From positions 1 to 64,000 of the forward strand of contig NW_027140922.1 of the NCBI RefSeq assembly GCF_036365525.1: a DNA stretch of 64,000 nucleotides. The letters are read 5' to 3'. A program made the position numbers and the translations under genes. Shown in pieces: positions 50,721-63,654 of the stretch (positions are counted from its first letter, which is position 1; the number at the start of each line of letters is the position of its first letter). This stretch comes from Heterodontus francisci. Taxonomy: Eukaryota. The notes below the pieces were generated by a model. The model worked only from the letters and a program-made list of their open reading frames with translations, ran no database searches and was not told the origin of the DNA.

Positions 50721-51484
50721 CTCACAGTTTCATCTTCTTGCTCTCCTTCGACACAGAGTACAACAATACATTATGAATTATTAAAAATGCTGCAGCAATG
50801 TGCTCAGATCCTTCTCGTTAAGGCAGCCTCTACCTGTAAAAAACAGATTCCGAGGTGGGGTAAGTGGGTTCATGGTCCTGTTGAATGAGCTGTCGGTGGT
50901 TTATGACAAGAGTTACACATAGCTCCCTGTTGTACATGTCCCCAATGATTCATGCAATGCAAAAGTGAGACACCTCCCCAGATAGGTCTCTCACTGGAAC
51001 ACCTGTCTCCTGACGGCGGTTTGAGCATCTGGTTAAAACAGTTAACCCACTTCTTCATGACATTGTCGCTTTTCAAAGTATCTAAGATTTCACCCCAATG
51101 TAAAACATAACCCTTGAATTGTCGTTTAGCCCAGGGGAAATAAATCTTTATCTGCCTAATACAAAGAAGCAACTTGATGTGTCTTATATATTTATAAAAT
51201 CATACAGCAGAGCCGAGGCCATTCAGCCCATCGAGCCTGGCCCAGCTGTTCGAAAGAGCTACCCTATACAACACCAATCAGACACAAGCAACGAGAGCCA
51301 GATACAAACGGGAAGCATTTCCTTATTCAAGCTCCTTCCGACCAGTGGGTGTTATTATTCTGTCATACCCAGAAGTGAGGGGTCAGAAGGAAACCCTGCT
51401 TCCAGAGCTGTCATTTCCGCTCTCTGCTTTATCTTCAGCCGCCTGATATTGATTCATGAACAGATTCAGCCCCCAGTCTGCAGG

Positions 51485-52300
51485 ATGCAGTTAGTCAAAC
51501 TCTTCCTAATCGTCTGTTCTCTTCTTCCATGTAGGTATTCATTGTTCATAAAGATACCTCTGCTAAAATACATGCTGTGTTTTCATTCACTACTAACTTC
51601 TATCAAACTAGATTGATAAAACATCATTGCAGTCGATTTTCTGTCATTTCTTAAACTACATACTTTACTTTCACTGTAAATAATATTTACTTAATGAAAT
51701 TGTTGACTGAATGAAAGTTACTTATATATTCGTGACGCTACTACAGCTATCTTTAACCGATAAGTTTGCCCTCATTCTGGGTTAATTTGTCTCTCTCATA
51801 TCACTTGCTCCATTATTTTTCAGTCACGATATCTATCTGTTTATTATCTATATATCTACAAATATATCATTTAACTATTTATTGTCTGCCTATATAGTTA
51901 TCTAGTATTATCTACTTATCTGTTTGGATAGTTATAGTTGGTTATCATATGTCACAATATGTTCCAAACTTTTTTAACTATTCTCCTTATTTCTCAAGGC
52001 AAAACTTTAGCAGAGGTGATACACCAGTGGCCAACTCTGGTGGCAGTGAAGGGAGGCGAACCAGCAGAATTAAACTGTTACCAGAATGACAGTAGTAAGA
52101 GCATTATGATGTGGTATCGGCAGTATGCCGGGCAGGAGCTCACCCTAATGGGCTATTCTTACACTGGAAGCTCACCCACGTACGAAGGAAAATTTGAAGA
52201 GGAGGTGAAGATTTTAAGGCCCGAGGACAAACGATGCAGCCTGAGGGTCCTCAAGGTTAAGGCTGCGGATGCGGCCGTGTATTACTGTGCAGCCAGTGAG
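51485..52300 (+). CDS. TRBV: TCR V segment 6, apparently functional; leader 51485-51530, V exon 51999-52300
   Basis: MQLVKLFLIVCSLLPCKTLAEVIHQWP...LNCYQNDSSKSIMMWYRQYAGQELTLMGYSY...DAAVYYCAAS; phase-1 splice sites. Confidence 0.9.
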
Positions 52301-52339
52301 CACAGCGCTGCAGACTGCCTTAGTGCCAGTACAAAAACC
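52301..52339 (+). other. 23-RSS
   Basis: CACAGCG + 23 bp + consensus ACAAAAACC. Confidence 0.93.
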
Positions 52340-53519
52340 AACAGGGTGAACAAAACAACTGACTGACATACAGGAGCAGTGACAATGGTTAATGTCTCTC
52401 CCTGCCTCACCGGCCGTTTTCCAAGCTGGTGATTCCCGGATTCCAGAACCTTCATCAAGGGCTGAATGACAGGGAATGACAGAAGGTATGAGGAAGAGAG
52501 AGAAGGAAAGAAAGAGATGTGCCTCAGATCCCCTGCAAAATTTCAAAGTCCTCGTCTACACTGTTTAATTTCTGGCACTGAGTATGTTAAAACTGAGTCA
52601 CAGTCACTTCCTATACTTGATTAATTAGAAGTTTAATTAATGATCTAAATAAGACAGATAGTTTACATCGCCATTGTGAAGTGATGGATAGAGTATCAAT
52701 CATCTACAAGGCACAAGGTAGGAGTGTGATGGAATACTGTCCACCTGCCTGGATGGATGCAGCTCCAACAACACTCAGGAAGCTCAACACCATCCAGGAC
52801 AAAGCAGCCCGGTTGTTCAGTACCCCATCTACCACCTTCAACACTCACTCCCTTCACCACAGTGGCAGCAGTGTGTTCCATCTCCAAGATGCACTACAGC
52901 AACGCATCGAGTGTCCTTAGACAGCACCTTCCAAGCCCACCAACTCTACCACCAGATGGACAAGGGCAGTAGACTCATGGGAACACCACCACCTGCAAGT
53001 TCCCCTCCAAGCAACACACCATCCTGACTTGGAACTATATCGCCGTTTCTTCACTGTCACTGGGTAAAAATCATGGAACTCCCTTCCTAACAGCACTGTG
53101 GGTGTACCTACCCTACATGGACTGCAGTGTTTCAAGAAAGCAGCTCATCACCACCTTCTCAAGGGCAAACAATTGCTGGTCTTGCGAAAGAAATTCACGT
53201 CCCATGAACGAATAAGAAAAAACAATTATATCAGGTCTTCCAGGACTTCAAGACGCCCCAAAACAGTTAACAGCCAATTAAGAACTGGAAAATGATAGTC
53301 AGATCCTCTGCAACTTCTTCTCTTGCTTTGATTTTTTAAAATTCATTCTGGGGAGCTGGGTCCCTCTGAGAAGGCCAGTAGTTATTCAACATCACTCATT
53401 GCCCTGGAGAAGGTGTGTGTTGCCTTGTAGATAACTGAAGGGTTTGCTAGGTAATTTCAGATAGCAGTGTACTTAAAACACGGAAGCCAACTGGTGTACA
53501 GTACCATGCCATAGGCAGC

Positions 53520-53563
53520 ATAGACAGGCAGATAGATAGCTAGGAAGGCAGACAGGCAGACAT

Positions 53564-53634
<71 letters not shown>

Positions 53635-53950
53635 TCAGGCAGATAGATAGATAGAAATACAGATGTGTAGACAGATTGATAGATAGACAGACAGATAGGT
53701 AGACAGATAGATGGACAAATAGTCAAATAGATTGTTAGACAGACAGATATGCAGATAGGTCGATATGAAGACAGACAGACAAAAGATAGGTAGATATGAA
53801 GACAGACAGATGGATTCATACAGATAGAAAGACAAATTGACACAGATAGACAGACAGACACACAGCCATGCAGCTGGATAGATAGAGATAAAGATAGACA
53901 GATAGCTACAGAGATAGATAGATAGCTATATAGATAAACAGACAGAGATC
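53520..53950 (+). repeat. (GATA/GACA)n microsatellite with a pure AGAT core near 53565-53622
   Basis: Directly visible. Confidence 0.93.
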
Positions 53951-54092
53951 TTTTTCTCCCTTTCTCCATCTATCTCTATCACTGCCTCTCTTTTACTCTA
54001 TCTGTTTTTCACCATATCATCCTCTCTGATTCTGTCTCGCACTATGTCTCTCGCTCATTCCTTGGCACTTTCACACACACTCTATCACTCCA

Positions 54093-55690
54093 ATAGAATC
54101 ATAGAAAGTTTAAGGAACAGCAAGAGGCCACTTGGCCCATCGTGTCGGTGGCGGCCGAAAAACAATCCACCTATTCATATCACACCTTCCAGCATTTGGT
54201 CCATAGCCCTGCAGATTACGGCACTTGAGGTGCATATCCAGACTCCTTTGAATGAGTTGAGAGTGTCTGCCTCAACTACCCTTTCAGGCTTTGAGTACCT
54301 GACACCCACTACCCTCTAAGGCTTTCCTTATCTCCCCTCTAATTCTTCTACCAATCACATTATATCTCTTCCCCCTCGTCACTGATCTCTCTGCCAAGAT
54401 GAATAGACCCTTCACCTCCACTCTATCCAGGCCCCTTCAATATTTTGCACATTTCAAACAGACCTCCCCTCAGCTTTCTCTGTTCCAAGGAGAACAACCC
54501 CAGCCTATCCAATCTTTCCGCATAGCTCCATTTTCCAGTTCTGGCAACATCCTCGTAAATCCCCTCTGTACCCTCTCTAGTGCAATTACATTCTTTCTGC
54601 AATGAGGTGACCAGAACTGCACACAGTACTCAAGTTGTGGCCCAACCAATGAGTGATACAGTTCCAGCATAACCTCCCTGCTCTTGTATTCTGTACCTCA
54701 GCTAATAAAGGAACGGATTCCATATGCCTTCTTAACCACCTTATCGACCTGTCCTGCTACCTTCAGTGATCTGTAGACATTCACTCCAAGGTCCCTCACT
54801 TCCTCTGCACTTCTCAGTATTTTCCCATTAATCGTGTATTCCTTTGCCTTGTTTGACCACCCCAAATGCATCACCTCACACCTCTCCAAGTTGGATTCCA
54901 TTTGCCACTCTTCTGCCCATCTGACAAGACCATCAATATCTTCCTGCAGCCTACACCAATCCTCCATGCGATCTACCACACGGCTAATCCTTGTGTTGTC
55001 TACATACATTTGGATTATGCCCCCCTACATTTACATCCAAATCGTTAATAAATACCACAAAAAGCAGGGAACCCAATACTGAGCCCTGTGCAACGCCACT
55101 GCAAACAGCCCTCCAGTCGCTAAAACAACCATCAACAATTACCCTTTGTTTCCTGCCACTGAGCCAATTTTGTATCCACCTTGCTGCATTTCCCTGGATC
55201 CCATGGGATTTTGTTTTTTTTAACCAGTCTGCCATGTGCAGCCTTTTCAAAAGCCTTGCTAAAATCCAGGTAGACCACGTCAACTGCACTACCCTCATCT
55301 ATCTTCCTTGTTACTTCTTCAAAAAATTCGATCGAATTGATCAAACAAGTTCATCCCTTAACAAATCTATGCTGACTATCCTGGATTAATCTGTGCCTTT
55401 CTAAGTGACAGTTTATCCTGTCTCCCAGAATAGATTGCAATAATTTGCTCACTACTGAGGTCAGACTGACTGGCCTGTAATTAGTCAGTCTATCCTTCTC
55501 TCCCTTTTTAGACGGAGACACAACGTTAACAATTCTCCAATCCTCCGGCACCACACCTGTAATCAGTGAGGACTGCAAAAAGATGGTCAGATCCTCTGCT
55601 ATATCTTCTCTTGCTTCTTTTTGCAGCCTAGGATTCATTTCATCCTGCCCTGGTGATTTATCAACTTTCATGGATGCTAATCCCATTAAT
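54093..55690 (-). mobile_element. Degenerate CR1 LINE (RT region to 3' tail)
   Basis: ORFs 55351-55830 (KSPGQD, VPEDWR, NYRPVSLTS), 54984-55298 (GVAQGSVLG) and 54698-55009. Confidence 0.88.
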
Positions 55691-55694
55691 GATT

Positions 55695-56100
55695 CCTCCC
55701 TCAGCTTCGCTCCCTTAAATCCAGAGCAACCAGCAGAAAGTGTCTTAGATCCGCCGCAAACATGCCATTCAATTTCATCGACGTTTACTATTTTCCTTCT
55801 GTCGCTGAGTATGTTTAAATTCTGGCACAATTACTGTTTTACATTTGATCAACTGCTTAATGAGCTCAACAAGACTGTGCGGCGGTGACTTGTGAAATCA
55901 GCAATCAATTATTGAATATAAGATAGTGAACTCATTAATCTGTTCAACCTTTTTTGGCAACAAAATTGTGAAGAATATACTGTTAACCATATAATATCTA
56001 CACCCACTTCTACTCATGTAGATTTCACTATTCTGCTTTACATCTGTACAGATACTGGAAGGAAATTAGGACAAAGACTGAATTTGTATCGTTAATTCTG
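55695..56100 (+). pseudogene. Orphan V promoter/leader/intron copy A (leader 55762-55808, 1-nt frameshift, no V exon)
   Basis: Aligns by eye to 59430-59830; the leader is 47 nt versus 46 nt in the intact copy. Confidence 0.75.
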
Positions 56101-56539
56101 CGGGTAATAATCCTCTGCAGGAGAGGATGAAACACTGAGAAGGAGGATGAATTTCGGGAAGTGACTTGAAGAAGCCCACAGCATGGGTTTCACTGGGAAA
56201 GTAACAAACACAGTTTGTTGCAGTTGCGCCATGCTGCCACTGGTCGGCGCAGTGGCTCCACTATATTTCGCGCCACCACAGGCTTTGGCGCCGCTGATCA
56301 ATGAGTCAATTCCTCTGCTTCTGCAATCTTTTCACTTTAAAGGCTAAACGCAGTTCGATTTCCACTTTACAGTGATGTTATATGAGCCGCCTCCGAGGCC
56401 ATCGAACTATCCACCTTCTTTTCCTCCACTACTGATTTTAATTTGCAAAAGGATGTGAATAATCGCCTGTTCTGCACCATAACCTCTGGAGTCACCCAAA
56501 GCAGCTATCGTTGCACCGCCCCTTGTTTTTTTCACCTAC

Positions 56540-57160
56540 CCTCTCCAACACCTCGCTACCTTCAGAATTCCCCTCGCCTCGGCATGAAAGCAAGCTCACA
56601 AAGGCTTGTGAAGATATTTGCAGCAGAGTAGAAAGTGGGGTGCAAGGGGCGGGGGGGGGGGGGAATGGAGAGAAGAAACAAGTGGAAAGGGGCGGAAGGA
56701 AGCAAACAAAAGAATGGGGGACAACTTAAAAAGTAGGGGCGGGGACCATCTCAATGACGTTCTGCACTAGGGGAACTACAACTGCCTCTCACCCTTAAAC
56801 CAGAGTAACCAGCAGAAAGTGTCTCAGATCTGCACCAAACATCCCTTTCAACTTCACCACCTTTGCTATTTTCCTTCTGGCGCTGAGTAGGTTAAAATTG
56901 TGTCCCAATCACACTTCTACATTTGATCAACTGATTAATGATCTCAATAAAACTGTGAAATCAGCAATCAATCATTTGATAGAAGATAGTGAAGTCTTTA
57001 ACCTGTTCCCTAGTTTGGGTGCCCAAGTGTTACTAATATGATGTTAACACTTTAATAATTCCACCCACTTGCAAGCATGTAGATTCCATTAGTTTATTTC
57101 ACAGTTTTATAGATCCAGGTTCTCGTAGGAAATTCGGTCAAAGACCCAATTTCCTAAATT
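56540..57160 (+). pseudogene. Orphan V promoter/leader/intron copy B (leader 56841-56886, ATG changed to ATC, no V exon)
   Basis: Aligns by eye to 59170-59820, including the GC box, TGACG and CCTTAAA. Confidence 0.75.
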
Positions 57161-57769
57161 TCCTAAAACAAAAACCCTCACAACAGGCTGGGCTCAGACT
57201 GGGCTAATGTGACAGGGGGAAGCAGAGAGACACACTGAGAATACTATAAGATGGTGGAACTGATTGATAGGGTAGATTTACAGAGGAAGTTTCCACAAAG
57301 TCAATCCCATCACATACCGATTCGATACAGCATTAAGCCTATCACGCATTGATTAGGTACAGAGGCAAACCCATCACCGAGCAATAAGGTGCAGAGTAAA
57401 ATCTCCCATTCACTGGTTAGATCAGGATGACAGACAAACAGTGTAACTCCCCTTTCCTCCCCTCACATCACTGCTATCTCAGAGGGATCCTCTGAGTTGC
57501 AGCAGTGTTAAAGTAACTCCAGACCCCGCCATCAATGGGAGGACACAGCCCGGCCGATTACTCAGGTCCTGGTTTAACCCCGCCCCAGATAAGTTCAGTC
57601 CCCTTGTGGGAGACAATGAACAAGTACAAAGAGATTTGCTCCTCCCATACGACCATTTAACAGTGGGGAGGAGGGGACAGTAAATCCCACTCAGAACATT
57701 GAGAGATTCCGCAATAAAACAGCTCAGTGATTTCACACAATGAACACATGGATCTGTCTCCCTCCAGAG

Positions 57770-58656
57770 ATGACTGTGTCTCACCTCTGGGTTGTGTTGC
57801 TGGTGTTAAGGGGTAAGGTGGAACTGAACTGGGAGATGTCAGTGATCCTCACTGATCCTTCCCCGAATGTCCCCTTTGGGGTTTAACCCCCTTCGAGGTT
57901 TATTAACACCGTTTGGCTGTGTAGATTCTCTCTGCATCGGTTTATATATCATTCGGTCTATCTCTCTCTTTTTCTTCCTCTCTTTGTCACACTTTCTCTC
58001 TCCCCATCCTCTTTTTTCTTTCTTTTTCTAGTCTGACTCTCCTTTTGTCCGTTTCTCACTCTCTCTGTCCTTGTCTGCTTTCTTCTCTCTCTCTCTCTCT
58101 TTCTCTCACTCTTTACCTTTCTTTGTCCTATCGATTACCCTTGGTTTTACTTTTAACTTTCTGTCATGCTCTCTCTCTCTCTTTCTGCATGTCTCATTTT
58201 CTCTCACTCACTCTTTCTCCCTCTCTATTTTTCTGTCTTTATAACACGAATCTCTCTCTCTCTGTCTCTCTCTCACACATACTCCCACCTCTCCATTCCT
58301 TTGCCCCTTCATGGTGTATCATTCTTAACACCTCTCTTCTCACTTTGTGTTTTACAGATGTAGGAGCCGTGCTGATCCAACAGATTCCCCCTTCTATATC
58401 CCATTCCCCAGGATCTCCAGTCAGCATCGAGTGCATTTGCACTGAAGCAGCAGCTAACTCGTATTTCTACTGGTACCGATGGCACCCTGACAGTGAGCCT
58501 CAGGACCTTTTCTATTCTGACTACATCGACATGGTCACCCCCTCCGGTGAGGTGGACGGTTTCACCGCCAGGAGACCTGACAGCACTCACTTTTACCTGG
58601 AGTCCTCCGGCCTGTGGGAGAATCACTCAGCCGTGTATTACTGTGCCTGGAGTTTA
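57770..58656 (+). CDS. TRBV: TCR V segment 7 (CAWS type), apparently functional; leader 57770-57812, V exon 58358-58656
   Basis: MTVSHLWVVLLVLRDVGAVLIQQIP...IECIC...YFYWYRW...NHSAVYYCAWS; GTAAGG donor, TTTTACAG acceptor. Confidence 0.88.
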
Positions 58657-58695
58657 CACAGTGACTCAGAGAAATACAGCAGTTCAACAAAAACC
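58657..58695 (+). other. 23-RSS (full consensus)
   Basis: CACAGTG + 23 bp + ACAAAAACC. Confidence 0.95.
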
Positions 58696-59354
58696 CCAAA
58701 GGAGACAGGAATTAACTGTGGCAGAGTGATCTGTCTCTCTGTCTGCCTATGAGTCTGTCTGTCTCCTTGCATGTCTCTTTATCAATCTGTCTATCTAAAC
58801 ACACAACTGTCTGTCTGCATCTGTACATACATTTCACTCATCCACCTGTCTGCAACCTGTCTATCGATCTATCATCCACTAACCTCCCTGCCTCTATTCT
58901 TTACTTCATGACGTTAAATAAATGACATACCATTCACATCGATTAGTCGACCTACTCTCTGTAAATGTAGAAGAGTTCAACTCATTTTGAGTTATCAATA
59001 ATGCCATGTCAATGATTGTCTCGCCTCTCTCTTCACTGCTGCCTCTATAAATTAACAAGTGCATGAGAAGAGGGGTGAAAAGGGGGTTTAAAGGGCAGAG
59101 CTGAAAGGGTGGAAGGAGGAGTGTGGGGAGCCGTTATGCTGTCTGAGGGAAAGGATTGGGACAAATCCCCTTCTCCAACACCTCGATACCTTCAGAGATC
59201 ACCTGGCTTCGGTGTGAAAGCAAGCTCACAAAGAGATAGGAATGAGGATATTTACAGCGGAGCAGAAAGTGACGAGGGGGGAGGCAAGGGGAGAGAATAA
59301 AGAGGGAAACGGTGGCATAAAGAAGCAAGCAAAAGAATGGGGGACAACTTCAAG

Positions 59355-59442
59355 GTAGGGGCGGGGATCATTGCCTTGAGATAACTTCCTCTTATGACGA
59401 TCCGCTCTGCCAACACCTCATCTCTCTCCCTCCCTTAAAACC
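59355..59442 (+). promoter_or_regulatory. Putative V promoter (GC box, CRE half-site, TATA-like)
   Basis: GGGGCGGGG, TGACG and CCTTAAAA upstream of the leader ATG at 59483; the same order is kept in the paralogous copy at 56736-56800. TCR V-beta promoters are known to carry CRE-like decamers. Confidence 0.5.
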
Positions 59443-59482
59443 CAGAGTAACCTGCAGAAAGTCTCTCAGATCCACAGCAAAC

Positions 59483-60215
59483 ATGCCTTTCAGTTTCATC
59501 CTCTTTGCTATTTCCATTCTGGCGCTGAGTAGGTGAAAATTCTGTCCCAATCACTCTTCTACATTTGATAATTGAAAGGGATGATTAATGATCTCAATAT
59601 AACTGAGCGGAGGTGACTTGTTAAATCAGTAATCGATTATTTCATATCAGACAGTGAACTCATTAATCTGTCCCCGAGTTTGGGAAGACAAGTGTTATTA
59701 ATATGATGTTAACACTTTAATGATTGCACCCACTTGCAAACTTGTCGATTCCACAATTCTATTTTACAGTTGTAAAGATCCAGGTGCTTGCAGGAAATTA
59801 GGACACAGACTGAATTTCCGTCGTTAATTCGGTGCAACACCGACGTCCGTCGTCGCAATAGTAACTCCATCGATACCAGTTCATTCCCTCTAATTTCTCT
59901 TTCTAGGTGTTTGCCGGGGTGATGTGATACATCAATGGCCTCAGTCACTGGCTGTTAAACAACCAGGACCCGTGGAAATGAACTGTCTGCAGAAAGGAAA
60001 GATTCGCGACTACATGTACTGGTATCGTCAGTCCCCCAGCAGAGGATTCCTCTCAATGGGCTCTGTTTACCTAGGCAGTGAACCTCAGTATGAAGATGGC
60101 TTTAAGAGCGGGTTTGTTATTACCAGCACTCTGGACAATAAGAAATCCACTCTGACGATCGAGAGTGTGAACGCCACGGACGAGGCGGTGTATTTCTGTG
60201 CAGCTGCTGATGGGA
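59483..60215 (+). CDS. TRBV: TCR V segment 8, apparently functional; leader 59483-59528, V exon 59907-60215
   Basis: MPFSFILFAISILALSVCRGDVIHQWP...MNCLQKGKIRDYMYWYRQSPSRG...DEAVYFCAA; phase-1 splice sites. Confidence 0.9.
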
Positions 60216-60254
60216 CACAGCGGTTCAGAGTCATTGGCCGCCTTGACAAAAACC
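60216..60254 (+). other. 23-RSS
   Basis: CACAGCG + 23 bp + ACAAAAACC. Confidence 0.93.
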
Positions 60255-60539
60255 CTCACACGTCTCCCTTCAAACGGGTGCATTTAACCCAGCATTCGGT
60301 GAAGAGCAGCCCTGGCTGATCGGATGCGGATCTGCATCTGTTCAGTGCCCGTTCGAGTGGCAGAACGCCCATGTTCTAACTCCCCACAACCTCCAGACAG
60401 ACAACACACACTGTCTGTGCCCACACCTGTATAATGGTTCATCGAACAGCTCTTCAACCCGTACCTCGGTTACACCACACCTGGAGCACTGTGCACAATT
60501 CTCAGCTCTATATACTTTGTTTAGACGACACCTGAAGTG

Positions 60540-61700
60540 CTGAGGACAATGCTGAGGGTGACCTGATAGAGGTGTTCAAGATTATGAAGGAATATGATAG
60601 GGTAGAGGAATAGAAGATGTCTGCACTTGTAGGGAAGGTCATTAATACATCATACTCACTAATAACTCCAAGAAATGAATTTACACAGAGTGGTGAGAAT
60701 GTGGAATTCACTAGCACACAGAAATAAATGATGTGTATAACCATATATATGTAAATGGATGCTGGATAAAAACATTAGGGAGCAGGAAATAGCACCTCAT
60801 ACTGATAGGGCTGGGTGAAGACATTGTTTATGTTCTTTCATCGGATGTTGGAATAAAATTTGCGAATAAGCTAACCAGCAATATAAAAACAGATGGTGGG
60901 AGCTTTTACATAAAAAGTAAGAGAGTAGCTAAAGTTGATGTTGGCCCCTTAGAGGTAAAGACAGGAGAAATTATCATGGGGAATAGGGGAATTGAAAAAA
61001 TATTTTGTGTCTGTCTTCACAGTAGAAGACATGCTTTGAAATTGCTCCGTCTTCCCATTTTTTATCCATTGCTTCGGCTGGTGACGCTGGTGACATCGAA
61101 TTAGATAGAAGATGCAGCATGGATTCAGGCTATTCGGCCCCATACCAGAAATAGGAAGTTATCTGGGGGCTAAAAAGAGTGAGGCAATTAAGGATTTTCA
61201 TATCAATTGAGAAAAAGTCTTCGAGAAATTTGAGGGATTAAAATGCGACAAGTCCCCTGGAGCAGATGGATTACATCCCAGGGTTCTAAAAGAGATAGCT
61301 GCAGAGATAGTGGAGGCACTGGCTATGATTTTCCAGAATTCCTTAGATTCAGGAATGGTGCCATCGGATTGAACGCTGACAAATGTTACACGGCTTTTCA
61401 AAAAAGGAGGTAATGAGAAATCTCAGGACAGGGGATCAATCATTCCGAACTGAGATGAGGAGAAATTGCTTCACTCAAAGCGTTGTGAATCTTTGGAATT
61501 CTCTACCCTAGAGTGTTGTGGATGCTCCTTCATTGAATACATTTAAGGCTGGGATTTCTGATCCCTCAGGAAATCAAGGGATATGGGGAGTAGGCAGGAA
61601 AGTGGAATTGAAGCCCAAGATCAGCCATGATTGTATTGAATGACGGAGCAAGCTCGATGGGATATATGGTCTACACCTGCTCCTATTTCTTGTGTTCTGT
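60540..61700 (+). mobile_element. Patchwork of degenerate CR1 fragments
   Basis: KSPGADGLHPRVLKE-encoding sequence near 61250 and a CR1 3' tail near 61620-61700. Confidence 0.75.
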
Positions 61701-62604
61701 GGGTCTGGAGTCACATGTAGACCAGACCAGGTAAGGAAGGCGGATTCCCTTCCCTAAAAGACATGAGTGAGCCAGCTGGGTGACAGGGCCCCTTAACTGA
61801 GACTAGCTTTCAATTGCAGATTTTCTGATGAAATAATTATATTTATTCATTAATTGAATTTAAATTCCACCATCTGACCTGGTGGGATTCGAACGCATGT
61901 CCCCTGGAGATTAGCCCCATTCTCTGGATTACCAGCTCAGTGACATGACAAGTACACCACCATCTGCCCCAGGCTAGTCTGGAACATGGTCCCATCGGGC
62001 CGAATAGCCTGAATCCATGCTGCATCTTCTATCTAATTCGATGTCACCAGCGTCACCAGCCGAAGCAATGGATAAAAAATGGGAAGACGGAGCAATTTCA
62101 AAGCATGTCTTCATAATGCCTATTTTATCAATTGCACTTTGCAAATCTCAGGTACCTGTAGTTACACATGACAGCCACGAGGTGGGGATGGAGCTCCACC
62201 GCAGCCTGAGTCCAACTTGCTTCTGTCAAGACTGACTGAGCAATGCAGCAGTGACTTGACCCATCTACCTAATAGTCAATTCCACTAACTCTGAAACAGA
62301 TTAAAATCATAACCATTCCACACAAAATAGACAACTGGATTTCCCCAAGTCTGCTCGTTCATAGTCACTGGTTTGACCAACACTTGTGATATACAAAAAC
62401 AGATGATCTGAAGGAAGTAAAGAGGGGAAGCAAAGTGAGAAAACAGTGAAAGAAAAATGAAGAAGGAGACATTTTATATAAAAACACATATTCAGGGATG
62501 CGCACATCACTGACAAGGCAAGAATTCATTACCTATGCTGAATTTCCCTTAACTGAATGACTTGCTAGTCCATTTCAGAGGCAGTTAACAGTGAACTACA
62601 TTGC

Positions 62605-63565
62605 TATCAGGTGATGCATTTTGGCAGAAGGGAGACAGAGAGGAAATACTGACTTAATGACACAGGCCTGAAGAGTGTTCAAGGACAGAGGGACCTGGGG
62701 CTTAATGTGCATAGATCTTTGAAGTTGGCAGGACATATTGAGAGAGAGGTTCGCAAAGCGTATGGGATCTTGGGATTCATGAATAGAGGTATAAAGTACA
62801 AAAGCAGGGAGGGTATGCTCAACATATATGAGGTTCTGGTTGGGCCCCAACTTGTGTACTGAGCCCGGTTCTGGTCACCACACTTGAGGAAGGATGTAGG
62901 GTCCTTGAGAGGGTGCAGAGGAGATTTACTGGAATGGTTCCAGGGATGAGAGAGTTTAGCTGCATGGTTAGGTTGGTGAAGCTGGGGTTGTTCTCCTTGG
63001 AGCAAAGGAGATTGAGGGGAGATTTGATAGAAGTGTACAAAATGAAGAGAGGTTTAGATAAAGTAGACAAAGAAAAACTGTTCCCATTAGCTGATTGTAC
63101 AAAGACTAGGGGACGAAGTGGATAGGAATAAAACAGAGAATAAAAGCTGCGATAAACTGAAATCTGGTAGGGAATTCACGAGAATTCTTTACCCAAAATA
63201 CAGAATTCACTGTCAGCAGAAACTGCTGAGACAAAGACAGGGAAAGGAAGAGGCCATTCAGCCCCTCAAATCTGTACCACCATTCAATGAGATCATGGCT
63301 GATCTGTGATCTAACTCCATATTCCCGCCTTTGCCCCATATCCCTGAATATATTTTGGATCACAAAAACCTATTCATCTCCGATTTCAAATTAACAATTG
63401 ATTCAGCATCAATTTCTGTGAGCAGAAGAGAGTTCAAACCTCTCCACCCATTGTGTGTAAAAGTGTTTCCTAATTTCACTCCTGAAAAGTCTGGCTCTAA
63501 TTTTTAGTCTAGGCCTCTTAGTCCTAGATTCCCAAACCAGCGGAAATAGTTTCTCTCTATCTACT
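62605..63565. mobile_element. CR1 fragments (+ strand 62605-63120; - strand tail 63240-63565)
   Basis: ORF 62913-63125 (QRRFTGMVPGM...RRLRGDLIEVYK); the reverse CR1 tail abuts the truncated V. Confidence 0.8.
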
Positions 63566-63588
63566 CCCAAAGACTAAATAAATACGAC

Positions 63589-63654
63589 TTCAAACTGGAG
63601 ACCTCCAGCCTGCGGGAGAATCACTCGGCCGTGTATTTCTGTGCCTGGAGAGAT
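63589..63654 (+). pseudogene. TRBV: 5'-truncated TCR V fragment 9 (CAW type, FR3 only)
   Basis: FKLETSSLRENHSAVYFCAWR, homologous to the end of V2; upstream sequence is CR1. Confidence 0.85.

Noticed and set aside
40782-58363. Long Leu/Ser- or Gln/Asn-rich ORFs (e.g. 40795-41439, 46970-47317, 50315-50776, 53457-53969)
   Set aside because: Products of CT, TCTA and CAA simple repeats.
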